Shown piece after piece: positions 50,117 to 58,454 of a DNA stretch of 64,000 bases. The position numbers and the translations under genes are program-made. Source of the stretch: a virus; IMG/VR virus record IMGVR_UViG_3300037245_001320, positions 1 through 64,000 of that record; one strand, written 5' to 3'. The notes beneath the pieces were generated by a model. That model made no database searches and was not told the DNA's origin. It saw nothing but the letters and a program-made list of their open reading frames with translations. Each line of letters starts with the position of its first letter. The stretch's first letter is position 1.

Positions 50117-50752
50117 GTGTGGATTAATAAAGAAGAAATACTAAAGGAAGTGGAAGAGGAAGATTGCTGGAAAGATCTTTCTGCTAAAGAAAAGAAGATG
50201 TTTTTGGCATACTGTGTAAATGGCTTAGATTATGTAAAAGCATATAAAGATGTTTATATGGATACAGAGTCAAGTAGGGTTGTAAAGTTCCCAGGGGACA
50301 AAGCAGCAATAATTGTAGCAAAAGACTCGTTTCAAGAGTGCTTTGAAATTTACGGGGAAGCATTACAAGAAGCAGCATCAACAAAAACTAATGCTCATTT
50401 ATATAATCAATATGTAATTATGGCAACAGCAAACCTCCTGGATTATGTTGACGAGATAGGACAATTTAAGTTTAAAAGTATTCAAGAAGCTAAAGATATC
50501 CTTGGAGAAAAAGCATTAGCCATAGTGGGGTTTCAAGTTAGTGTTCACCCGAAAGACCCAAAAAAGACGATGACTGTTCCAGTATTAGCAGATAAAATGA
50601 AAGCTATGAAAGAACTAGCCAAGTTCTCTAAATTATTTGGAGAAGCAGAGTCAGGTGGAAAAGGTCTTGGTACTATTAGTATTGATCTAGGTAATGCTGT
50701 ATTTAATAAAGAAGAAGAGGATAGAAAGAGAAAGGAGTTAGGAGTTGTCTAG
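50117..50752 (+). CDS. terS: Terminase small subunit
   Basis: N-terminal HTH (LSAKEKKMF..Y..AY), DKMKAMKELAK motif, directly upstream of terL. Confidence 0.8.
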   Translation: MWINKEEILKEVEEEDCWKDLSAKEKKMFLAYCVNGLDYVKAYKDVYMDTESSRVVKFPGDKAAIIVAKDSFQECFEIYGEALQEAASTKTNAHLYNQYVIMATANLLDYVDEIGQFKFKSIQEAKDILGEKALAIVGFQVSVHPKDPKKTMTVPVLADKMKAMKELAKFSKLFGEAESGGKGLGTISIDLGNAVFNKEEEDRKRKELGVV

Positions 50753-50870
50753 AAGAAAGAAACGAGATAAAGCAACTAATACAAAACTTGACTTTAATCT
50801 ATATCCAAAACAGAAGTTGGCTATGGATGGCGGGGCCAACGAGATATTATACGGAGGAGCAGCAGGGGGT
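50745..50870 (+). CDS. terL: Terminase large subunit exon 1 (42 aa)
   Basis: AAGGAG RBS, TTG start; ..LYPKQ..EILYGGAAGG, the first half of Walker A. Confidence 0.88.
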
Positions 50871-51127
50871 AAATAATACTGCTCCCTTTAAATCTCTCTT
50901 TAACGGGGAAACTCTTAACAGGTAAAGCTGAAGACAATCCCGTGGGAAGACACTTGAATGAGTGTAACCTGTAACGACTAGAGCATTGTGCTCGTACATC
51001 ACAAGCGATTGGTGATGGAAATGGGAGACAGAGTAAAATCTGAAGAGATAGTCTGATCTCATAGGAAACTATGAGCAGTTCATTTGAGAACGTGATCAAG
51101 GGTAGCGACTTGGTTAGAACATTATTG
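50871..51127 (+). ncRNA. Group I intron 1 (257 nt, no ORF)
   Basis: 5' exon ends in U with P1 partner GCTCCCT; core elements AACGGGGAAAC, AATCCCGTG, AACGACTA, GAGATAGTCT; terminal G; splicing restores GGAAGGGKS. Confidence 0.9.
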
Positions 51128-51799
51128 GGTAAATCACATTTATTGAGAATATCAGCTATAACATATTGTTTATCTTCCCCAGGTGTCCAAGTATATCTAT
51201 TTAGAAAGCAATTGACAGATTTGATTAAAGGTCATTTAAGTTCTGAGTCAGGGTTTCCTAGTTTATTATCTGGACTAGTAGATGCTAAATTATGTAAGAT
51301 AGATATGTCGAGATACAAAATAACCTTTAAAAATGGTTCAGGGGGGAATAGCTGGGCGGGTGGCTCAACTATCCACCTCAGTCACCTTTCTAAAGGAAAA
51401 AATTCATTAAATAATTATCAAGGTGCGGAGATACATGTGCTAATGTTAGATGAGGCAACTCACTTTTTAGCATCTAGTTACAAGTATTTAAGAACAAGGG
51501 TAAGGCTTGGTGGATGGAATCCTCCAGCAGAAGGTCCTTATAGTGGGGACTACTACCCCCGAATTTTAGCTTGCTCGAATCCTGGCGGCTTAAGTCATTC
51601 ATTTTGGAAGAACGAATTTGTGGATAGATTGGAAGATTATGTACCAGAGTTAATGCCTCCTGAACAAGGTGGTATGAGACGAATGTATATTTCTGCGAAA
51701 ATAACGGATAATGCTATCCTCATGAAAAACGATCCTACATATGTCTCAAGACTACTAGCCAGTGGAGAGAAATCTTATGTGGAAGCTTTATTACATGGT
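51128..51799 (+). CDS. terL: Terminase large subunit exon 2 (ATPase)
   Basis: GKSHLLR..FRK..YQGAEI..Walker B MLDEATHF..ACSNPGG..DN..ALLHG. Confidence 0.92.
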
Positions 51800-52113
51800 A
51801 AATTATTGCCCTTTATAATAGTGATATTATAATTAGCACAACTTTAATTGCTGGAAACTCTTGTTAGGTTTCAGGTACAAAGAGAAACAAATGTTTCTCT
51901 CGTGACAATCCTGAAAATAAAGACAATCAGCAGCGAAGACAGAAGGGAACTTCTGTAACGTTCATCGACTATCCCGTGAGGGAGTAGAGAGGTAGTCCTC
52001 TCGAAACAGGTTGCAACTCAAAAGAGTTGAAGATATAGTCAATTCTTGCAGGAGACTGTAAGCAGTTCATAAGAGAACGTAATTAGATTAACGATCTGGT
52101 TAGAATATAAAAG
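51800..52113 (+). ncRNA. Group I intron 2 (314 nt, no ORF)
   Basis: TAATTGCTGGAAACTC, GACAATCAGCAG, GTTCATCGACTA, AAGATATAGTC; terminal G; splicing restores LHG-NW. Confidence 0.9.
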
Positions 52114-52230
52114 AATTGGAATATTTCCATGGGAGGAATCCTACAAGATGACTTCTCCTTTGATATACACATTTTGGATGATTTTGAAATACCAAAGAAT
52201 TGGGATGTGTACAGATGTTTTGACTGGGGT
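52114..52230 (+). CDS. terL: Terminase large subunit exon 3 (39 aa)
   Basis: NWNISMGG..HILDDFEIPKNWDVYRCFDWG. Confidence 0.88.
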
Positions 52231-52542
52231 AAAAACTTGCTCCCCTTGACAGTAATGTTAAGTGTAAAACAACTTTAATTGCTGGAAACTCTCGCTAGGT
52301 TTCAGGTACTCACAGAACTTTGTTCTGAAGTAAAAATCCTGAAAATAGAGACAATCAGCAGCCAAGACAAGCATAAGCTTGTAAGGTTCAACGACTAGAG
52401 CATAAGCTCGTAGGGAGGTAGTCCTTCCGAAACAGGTTGCCCACAGAAATGTGGTGAAGATATAGTCTATTCTATATGGAGACATATAGCAGTTCAGTAA
52501 TGAGAACGTATTCAGATTAACGCCCTGAGTAGAATATGCAAG
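52231..52542 (+). ncRNA. Group I intron 3 (312 nt, no ORF)
   Basis: P1 partner GCTCC; TAATTGCTGGAAACTC, AATCAGCAG, GTTCAACGACTA, AAGATATAGTCT; splicing restores DWG-AAKPF. Confidence 0.9.
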
Positions 52543-53103
52543 GCAGCAAAACCCTTCGGTTGTATTTGGTTTGCAGAATCAAACGGAGAAGCAGTAGAAT
52601 TAGCAGACAAATCAGTAGTTACTTTTCCTGTAGGAACAGCTATAGCAATGAGAGAATTGTATGGTTGTAAAGAAGGGGAGTATGATGTCGGAGTTAATAT
52701 CACAGATAAGCAAATAGGAGAAAGAATTAAAGAAACAGAAGAGGTTTTCTTAAAAGGTTATAATATTAAAGCCGGTCCTGGGGACGGTAGTTGCTGGGGA
52801 AAAGCGAACAAAGAATTTTCAATTATTGATGATATTAACCATGGTTATTATGGAAGAAGAATATCAGATAATGAAAGACTATTCAAAAGGTTTCTAAAAC
52901 CCAAACATTCAAGAGTCGAGGGGTTTAGTTTAATTAGAACTAGATTAAGAAACTCATTACCATTTGCAGAAGGAAAGATGGAAGAGCAAGGATTATTCTT
53001 TTTAAGGGGATGTAAACATATGATAAGGACAATTCCTACACTTCCTCGAAGCGACTCGAATCCCGACGATTCTTCCCCTCATGCAGAAGACCATTTAGCA
53101 GAT
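52543..53103 (+). CDS. terL: Terminase large subunit exon 4 (nuclease)
   Basis: AAKPFGCIWFA..RELYG..C..IRTIPTLPR..PDD..EDHLAD. Confidence 0.9.
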
Positions 53104-53422
53104 AAACAACTATTGTCTGCCTAGCCTGTGAAGGTTAGTAAACAACTTTGTTAATTGCTGGAAACTCTTGTTAAGTTATAGGTACTCGTTAATTCAGTAA
53201 AAATCCTATAAATAGAGACAATCAGCAGCCAAGCCTGAAAAGGAAAGGTTCAACGATCATCGAAAGGGACAAAATAACTTGTCACTGAGTAGAGTACATC
53301 CAAGTGGATGGAAACGCAAAGCTCTCAGAAATGAGATGAAGATATGATCTAGCCTATATTGAGAAATATAGAAGTTCCTACGAGAACTGCAATAAAAGTA
53401 ACGAATTATTGTGAATACAGCG
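53104..53422 (+). ncRNA. Group I intron 4 (319 nt, no ORF)
   Basis: P1 GCAGAU/GUCUGC; TAATTGCTGGAAACTC, AATCAGCAG, GTTCAACGATCA with compensating AAGATATGATCT; splicing restores DHLAD-VLRY. Confidence 0.9.
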
Positions 53423-53488
53423 GTGTTAAGATATTACCTACTAAAGAAAGTTTCTAAAGTGGGTCAAGCTAGGGTGACATTATTTTGA
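53423..53488 (+). CDS. terL: Terminase large subunit exon 5 (21 aa)
   Basis: VLRYYLLKKVSKVGQARVTLF-stop completes the DHxxDxxRY motif. Confidence 0.85.
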   Translation: MLRYYLLKKVSKVGQARVTLF

Positions 53489-53520
53489 TAGTACAGACAA
53501 AAACTTAAGTCAAGTGCTAA

Positions 53521-53543
53521 AAAAATTCCCACTATGGTATAAT
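53521..53543 (+). promoter_or_regulatory. Phage-specific promoter motif upstream of the HNH gene
   Basis: AAAAATTCCCACTATGGTATAAT (1 mismatch to the other copies). Confidence 0.75.
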
Positions 53544-53549
53544 GTATAT

Positions 53550-53730
53550 ATAGGAAGGTTCGCATCTTCCTTAAGGTACAGTAAAATAGAGTCTCAAAGA
53601 ATCAATAAGAAAAACATATAAAAACCTCTTATTAGATCAGAAGTTAGGAAGAACTTTAAAGGATTTACTCTATTACCTTTGAAGTTCTATGCGAAACCTA
53701 ATGGAAGATCTAATAAGAGGTTTTTCATTT
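53550..53730 (+). ncRNA. Structured leader / candidate small RNA upstream of the HNH gene
   Basis: Perfect 19-bp stem 53620-38/53707-25, inner stems, bulge and loop complementary to upstream 53559-65 and 53585-92. Confidence 0.6.
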
Positions 53731-53748
53731 AAAAAAGGAATAAAAATA

Positions 53749-54762
53749 ATGAAACCAAGAGAAGTATCGCACAGATACAACAAAGCAAATGTTATGGTAA
53801 ACAAAGAACAGAAAGAGAAGATGTGTTCTGTTTGTAACAAAGTGAAAAGCCATAAGGAGTTCAATAAATCTTCTTCAAACAAAACAGATAGGTTAGCTGG
53901 AAGATGTAGAAAATGTGAACTTTCTCTACGGTATATAGTAAAAGACACACCTACTACAAAAGCAAAGAAATATAATAAAGACCACCAAGAAGAAAACTTA
54001 AAAAATAAGGAAAAGATGTGTGTATCATGTAATATAGTAAAGCCCTTAGAAGAGTATAATAAAGATAAAGCACGAAAAGATGGTAAGCAATCAGTGTGTA
54101 GACCCTGTAGGCAAGCATTTTACACTACTAATGACCAAAAGAAAAAAGCGAGGATGTATGATGATACCCCTGAGAGAAAAGCATACGAAAAGGAGCGAGC
54201 ACAGAGACCTGAGAGAAAAGCTTATTGTAAGGCACTCAGTAGCACACCTAGAGCAAGAAAACAACAAAAAGAGCATAGAAGTAGACCAGAAGTAAAAGAA
54301 AGACAAAGAGAGTTAAGTAAAATGCCTCATAGAAGAGCAACCACCAATGCATACAGGCAAAGTATAAGAGACAGACCAGAAGTTAGAGCTATGAATGCTA
54401 TGAGGGGAATTATACATAACACAGTAGCTAAGTTTGGAACTAAGAAAGAAAATAAAACTGTAGAAATAACAGGATACTCAGCTAAAGAGCTTATATCACA
54501 TTTAAACAAAGGGAAATACAAATGGAAAGACTATATGAAAAACACACATAAAAATATACTCTTCCACATCGACCACATCATACCCATATCCTATTTTGTA
54601 AAGAAAGGAAGAGAGTATTCAAAAGAAGAGCTAAATAAACTTATTTCTCGTGTCAATGATTTAAGAAATCTTAGAATATGGCCAGGAAGATTAAATGAAT
54701 CTAAGCATGATAAAATAGACAGGGATTTAATCAGAGAACATGGAATAGAGGATCTTCTTTAA
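53749..54762 (+). CDS. Free-standing HNH endonuclease with two N-terminal Zn-ribbon repeats
   Basis: CSVC..CRKC and CVSC..CRPC; R/K-rich helix; HIDHIIP..NLR..N..K; RBS-supported start at 53749. Confidence 0.85.
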   Translation: MKPREVSHRYNKANVMVNKEQKEKMCSVCNKVKSHKEFNKSSSNKTDRLAGRCRKCELSLRYIVKDTPTTKAKKYNKDHQEENLKNKEKMCVSCNIVKPLEEYNKDKARKDGKQSVCRPCRQAFYTTNDQKKKARMYDDTPERKAYEKERAQRPERKAYCKALSSTPRARKQQKEHRSRPEVKERQRELSKMPHRRATTNAYRQSIRDRPEVRAMNAMRGIIHNTVAKFGTKKENKTVEITGYSAKELISHLNKGKYKWKDYMKNTHKNILFHIDHIIPISYFVKKGREYSKEELNKLISRVNDLRNLRIWPGRLNESKHDKIDRDLIREHGIEDLL

Positions 54763-55113
54763 AACAAACTCTGGAAACCCTTGACACAACGACAGATAAA
54801 TAATACAATAAACAAATAGGAGAAATAAAGTTATGATTAAAATAGTAACAAAAGAAGAATACAAGAGAGTAACCCCAAATGGAATAAGCACATATTTTGA
54901 CTTTGAGGGAATTAGTTTTACAACCGGTTTAGCTACATGGAACTATTTCCTACACGAGTCTCTAGAAAATAAAGAGAAGACTGTTATATATGAAATAACA
55001 GCTAGAGAGGGATTTGACGTATGGGACGCAAGAGATAAAATTATTAAAGATAAAATAGAGTTAACTTCCTTTCACAAGGTTGTTAATAGAGTGTTAGATA
55101 GAGGAGAAACAAT

Positions 55114-55440
55114 ATGATAAAAGAATTAGATTTAAATAGGTTTTGCTCAGACGGAATGTTTGAGTGCTTAGTAGATGACCATGAGAAGTATTTAAAGACA
55201 GATGGAGAAGAAGGAGAAAGAATAGTTCTAAGAGGAGTACAGATAGGAGGTATTTGGCAATCAGATATCGATCTATCCCACTCCACATATACTGACTGTG
55301 AGTTTGAAGGATCTCCTGTAGATAAGGTTAACTTTACATCAGCCTTCTTTAAGAATTGTAATTTTGAAGAAACAGTTTTTACTGACTGTAATTTTGATCA
55401 AGCAAGATTTATTAACTGTGTAAATGCACCTATACACTAA
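55114..55440 (+). CDS. Pentapeptide-repeat protein
   Basis: VNFTS AFFKN CNFEE TVFTD CNFDQ ARFIN. Confidence 0.8.
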   Translation: MIKELDLNRFCSDGMFECLVDDHEKYLKTDGEEGERIVLRGVQIGGIWQSDIDLSHSTYTDCEFEGSPVDKVNFTSAFFKNCNFEETVFTDCNFDQARFINCVNAPIH

Positions 55441-55911
55441 GAGGTAAGGAGAAAAAATGAGAATAATAGTAACACATAACATAGACAAGAAAATATATCA
55501 TGCGTATATACCAATGGTAGGATACAGTGCTGATATACCAGAAGAAGCATTCAGCCAAGACAGAGTATTAGAGTTGATTAAGATTTACACTAAGGATAAG
55601 GTTAAACTGGATATACAAGAACCTTTAGACTCTTCTAATGCTATAGAATTACCAATTGAAAACAAACACCCAACAAACGGGAAACAGTACCTCAGCTTTA
55701 TTAGATTCCATACTGAGTACTCCTTAGAAGATTTTCCATATTTAACAGTAGAGTATTCTGGTAAGGTTTATGTACATAAAGATTTCCCTAGTAGAGACTT
55801 TGATAATGACTACTGGGCAAGCGAAGTACAAGAACCTATAGGGTATTTACCTGAAGGGATCTTAACAGAGGAAGAAGACAATGATGAGGATTTATATCAA
55901 AATGTCTTTAA

Positions 55912-56289
55912 GTGTGTAGAGACATGAACAAGTTCAGAGTATATGACCCCATAAAAGAAAAGTACTTAGAATATCTAGATGACTTATATTTAAGTGCTAA
56001 AGGTAGATTATTTGAACAAGAATATGATGAGGATGGGGAAGAAACAGGGCTTACACAACTATCTAACTGCATAGTTGAACACTATATAGGAATATGTGAT
56101 AAAGAGGGTACAGACATCTATGAGCATGATGTAATAAAGATTAAAACCAAACTTTACTTAGTTATACATAGACCAGAGATGTGTGCTTATGAACTACAAG
56201 ATGTAAATGATAAAAAGAGACTAATAGTCATGAGTGAGCTTAGAAGGGAATCTTATACTATAGTAGGAAGTGGGAGAGATAAAATATGA
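55912..56289 (+). CDS. YopX-family protein
   Basis: KFRVYD..HYIGICDKEGTDIYEHDVI. Confidence 0.8.
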   Translation: MCRDMNKFRVYDPIKEKYLEYLDDLYLSAKGRLFEQEYDEDGEETGLTQLSNCIVEHYIGICDKEGTDIYEHDVIKIKTKLYLVIHRPEMCAYELQDVNDKKRLIVMSELRRESYTIVGSGRDKI

Positions 56290-57212
56290 AACCAAAAACC
56301 TGTCCATCCTGCATAGACTGCGGAGTAATCAATGGAAAGATGGTTTGTTTAGCTACAGGCGCAGGTAGAGGCTTCTCATGGAACGATACCTTAAAATATG
56401 ATTGTCACAGAGTATATGATTTTAAATGTAAAAACTGTGAAGAAGATATGAAACCATTTACATATAATATTTATCTAGGAGAGTTAAACTATACAAAGTC
56501 GGTAATGATTTGTGATAACTGCGGAACAATGCATATTCCATCACCTAATAAAATGAAAGATCCAAGAGGATAGTAAGTATAGGAGAGAAGAAATTCTCTC
56601 TTTTTTTAATTTAATGCTTGACACAGATTACCAAACAGTGTATACTACTTATATAAAGAGAGGAGAAACACAGATGGGAAAAGGAAGAGTATACAAAGTA
56701 GTAATACATAATAACTGGAAAGATTCCACTAAAGTATCTATATTAGAATATGATATAAATAAAATAACAGACAAAAACTATATTCTAGATCTAGGTAACA
56801 ATGAAACAAGGAGAATACCCATAAACACATTATTACGGGTTACAGCAGAAAGAGGATATACCTTTGATTTGAATACTGTAGATGAAGTGGTTGAGAAAAT
56901 TGTGGAGTTAAACAAGATGCTATTGCAACACAAAATAGATCAGGCGGTTAAAGAAATAAAACATTTAAATACTGTAGTAATAGATAGAGATGTTAAAACA
57001 GTAGCTTATTATAATTAGAGGAGAAAACTATGAAATTTCAATTAAACTTAGAAAACGACAGTGACAATTCCAACACAGAAGATAGCTATATAGAGGTAGA
57101 GGAATATAATGATAAGGTCTGGTTCACTCTGCAAGACCCAGAAAGAGAAGTTAGTGTTAGTAAAAGTGACTTATTAAAAGTTATGAAAGTACTAGATTAG
57201 AGGAGAAATAAA

Positions 57213-58385
57213 ATGACAGAATTAACAGGAAAATACACAAGCTGTAAAATATTTACAGACTACACAGAGCAATCAGCTATAAGTCAGGTATATGAGTTTT
57301 TAAATCATCCCGCATTTGAAAATAAGAAAACAAGGTTCATGCCGGACATTCACGCAGGCTCAGGAGCAGTAATAGGAACAACAGTAGAATTAGGAGACAA
57401 AGTTATTCCAAACACAATTGGGGTTGACATTGGATGTGGCATGTACTCAGTTAAGCTTTCTACAAAGGAAATTAACTATAAAGCTTTAGATAGAAATATC
57501 AAGCAGAATGTCCCTTCAGGATTTAACATGAATAACAAACAACAGGCAATTCCTAAATTGTTAGAGCGAGATATTGTATCAACCTGCAAAGAAATTGGGA
57601 TTGAAACTCATAGAGCCTTATTTTCTTTGGGCAGTTTAGGTGGAGGCAATCATTTCATCGAAATTGGGAGGGATGAACAAAATTTTCTTTGGTTAACTAT
57701 TCATTCGGGATCCAGAAACTTTGGCTTACAAATAGCTAAGTATCACCAGAAGATAGCAGAGCAAAATTATTCCAACCCTAAACCTGATTTAACAAATGTT
57801 TCTCCAAAGGAAAGAGAAGCTTATATAAGAAAGTTCAAAGAGACAAGAGTTAAAATACCAAAAGGCATGGAGTATTTAACAGGAGCAGATAAAGAAGCTT
57901 ATGAACTTCATATGCGTATTGCTCAAAGATATGCGTCTGAGAGTAGAAAGATTATGGTCAGAAACATCCTAAAGACTTTAGATTGTGCTGTATTAGAAGA
58001 GATTGAATCAATCCACAACTATATAGACTTCGAGCATGGTATCATTAGAAAAGGAGCTATTTCAGCACAGAAAGATGAGTTGGTTATTATCCCTTGGAAT
58101 ATGAGAGATGGTTTAATTATAGGCAGAGGTCTAGGTAATCCAGACTGGAACTTCTCAGCACCTCACGGAGCAGGAAGAACTATGTCCAGATCCCAAGCTA
58201 AGAAAGAAGTTAACTTAGATGAGTTTAAAGCATCAATGGAAGGGATTTATTCTTCATGTGTTTCTGAATCTACACTAGATGAATCTCCTATGGCTTACAA
58301 GGACCACACTGAGGTTGAGAAATATCTAGAAGAATCAGTAGAGATTCTACATAGAGTTAAACCAGAATATAATTTTAAAGCATAA
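57213..58385 (+). CDS. rtcB: RtcB-family RNA ligase
   Basis: MPDIHAG, IGVDIGCG, LGSLGGGNHFIE, HSGSR, HNY..RKGA, SAPHGAGR, DESPMAYK. Confidence 0.95.
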   Translation: MTELTGKYTSCKIFTDYTEQSAISQVYEFLNHPAFENKKTRFMPDIHAGSGAVIGTTVELGDKVIPNTIGVDIGCGMYSVKLSTKEINYKALDRNIKQNVPSGFNMNNKQQAIPKLLERDIVSTCKEIGIETHRALFSLGSLGGGNHFIEIGRDEQNFLWLTIHSGSRNFGLQIAKYHQKIAEQNYSNPKPDLTNVSPKEREAYIRKFKETRVKIPKGMEYLTGADKEAYELHMRIAQRYASESRKIMVRNILKTLDCAVLEEIESIHNYIDFEHGIIRKGAISAQKDELVIIPWNMRDGLIIGRGLGNPDWNFSAPHGAGRTMSRSQAKKEVNLDEFKASMEGIYSSCVSESTLDESPMAYKDHTEVEKYLEESVEILHRVKPEYNFKA

Positions 58386-58454
58386 ATAGTGAAAACAGGT
58401 ATTGACTTAATTGTTGGTACCTGTTATTATACTTTATAAAGAGAGGAAAACAAA

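Noticed and set aside
51071-51832. ORF 51071..51832 (and 52648..53124) as complete stand-alone genes
   Set aside because: 51071..51832 starts and ends in intron sequence, and 52648..53124 starts inside exon 4 and ends in intron 4; both are terL exons
50821-52703. Minus-strand ORFs over the terL introns as intron-encoded proteins
   Set aside because: Antisense, no RBS and no nuclease motifs; shadows of structured RNA
50871-53422. Inteins or group II introns
   Set aside because: The inserts contain stops, lack GUGYG/AY ends and an RT, and have group I cores with U/G boundaries
53550-54762. IscB/HEARO (OMEGA) RNA-guided system
   Set aside because: The protein lacks PLMP and split RuvC motifs; only Zn ribbons and an HNH are visible
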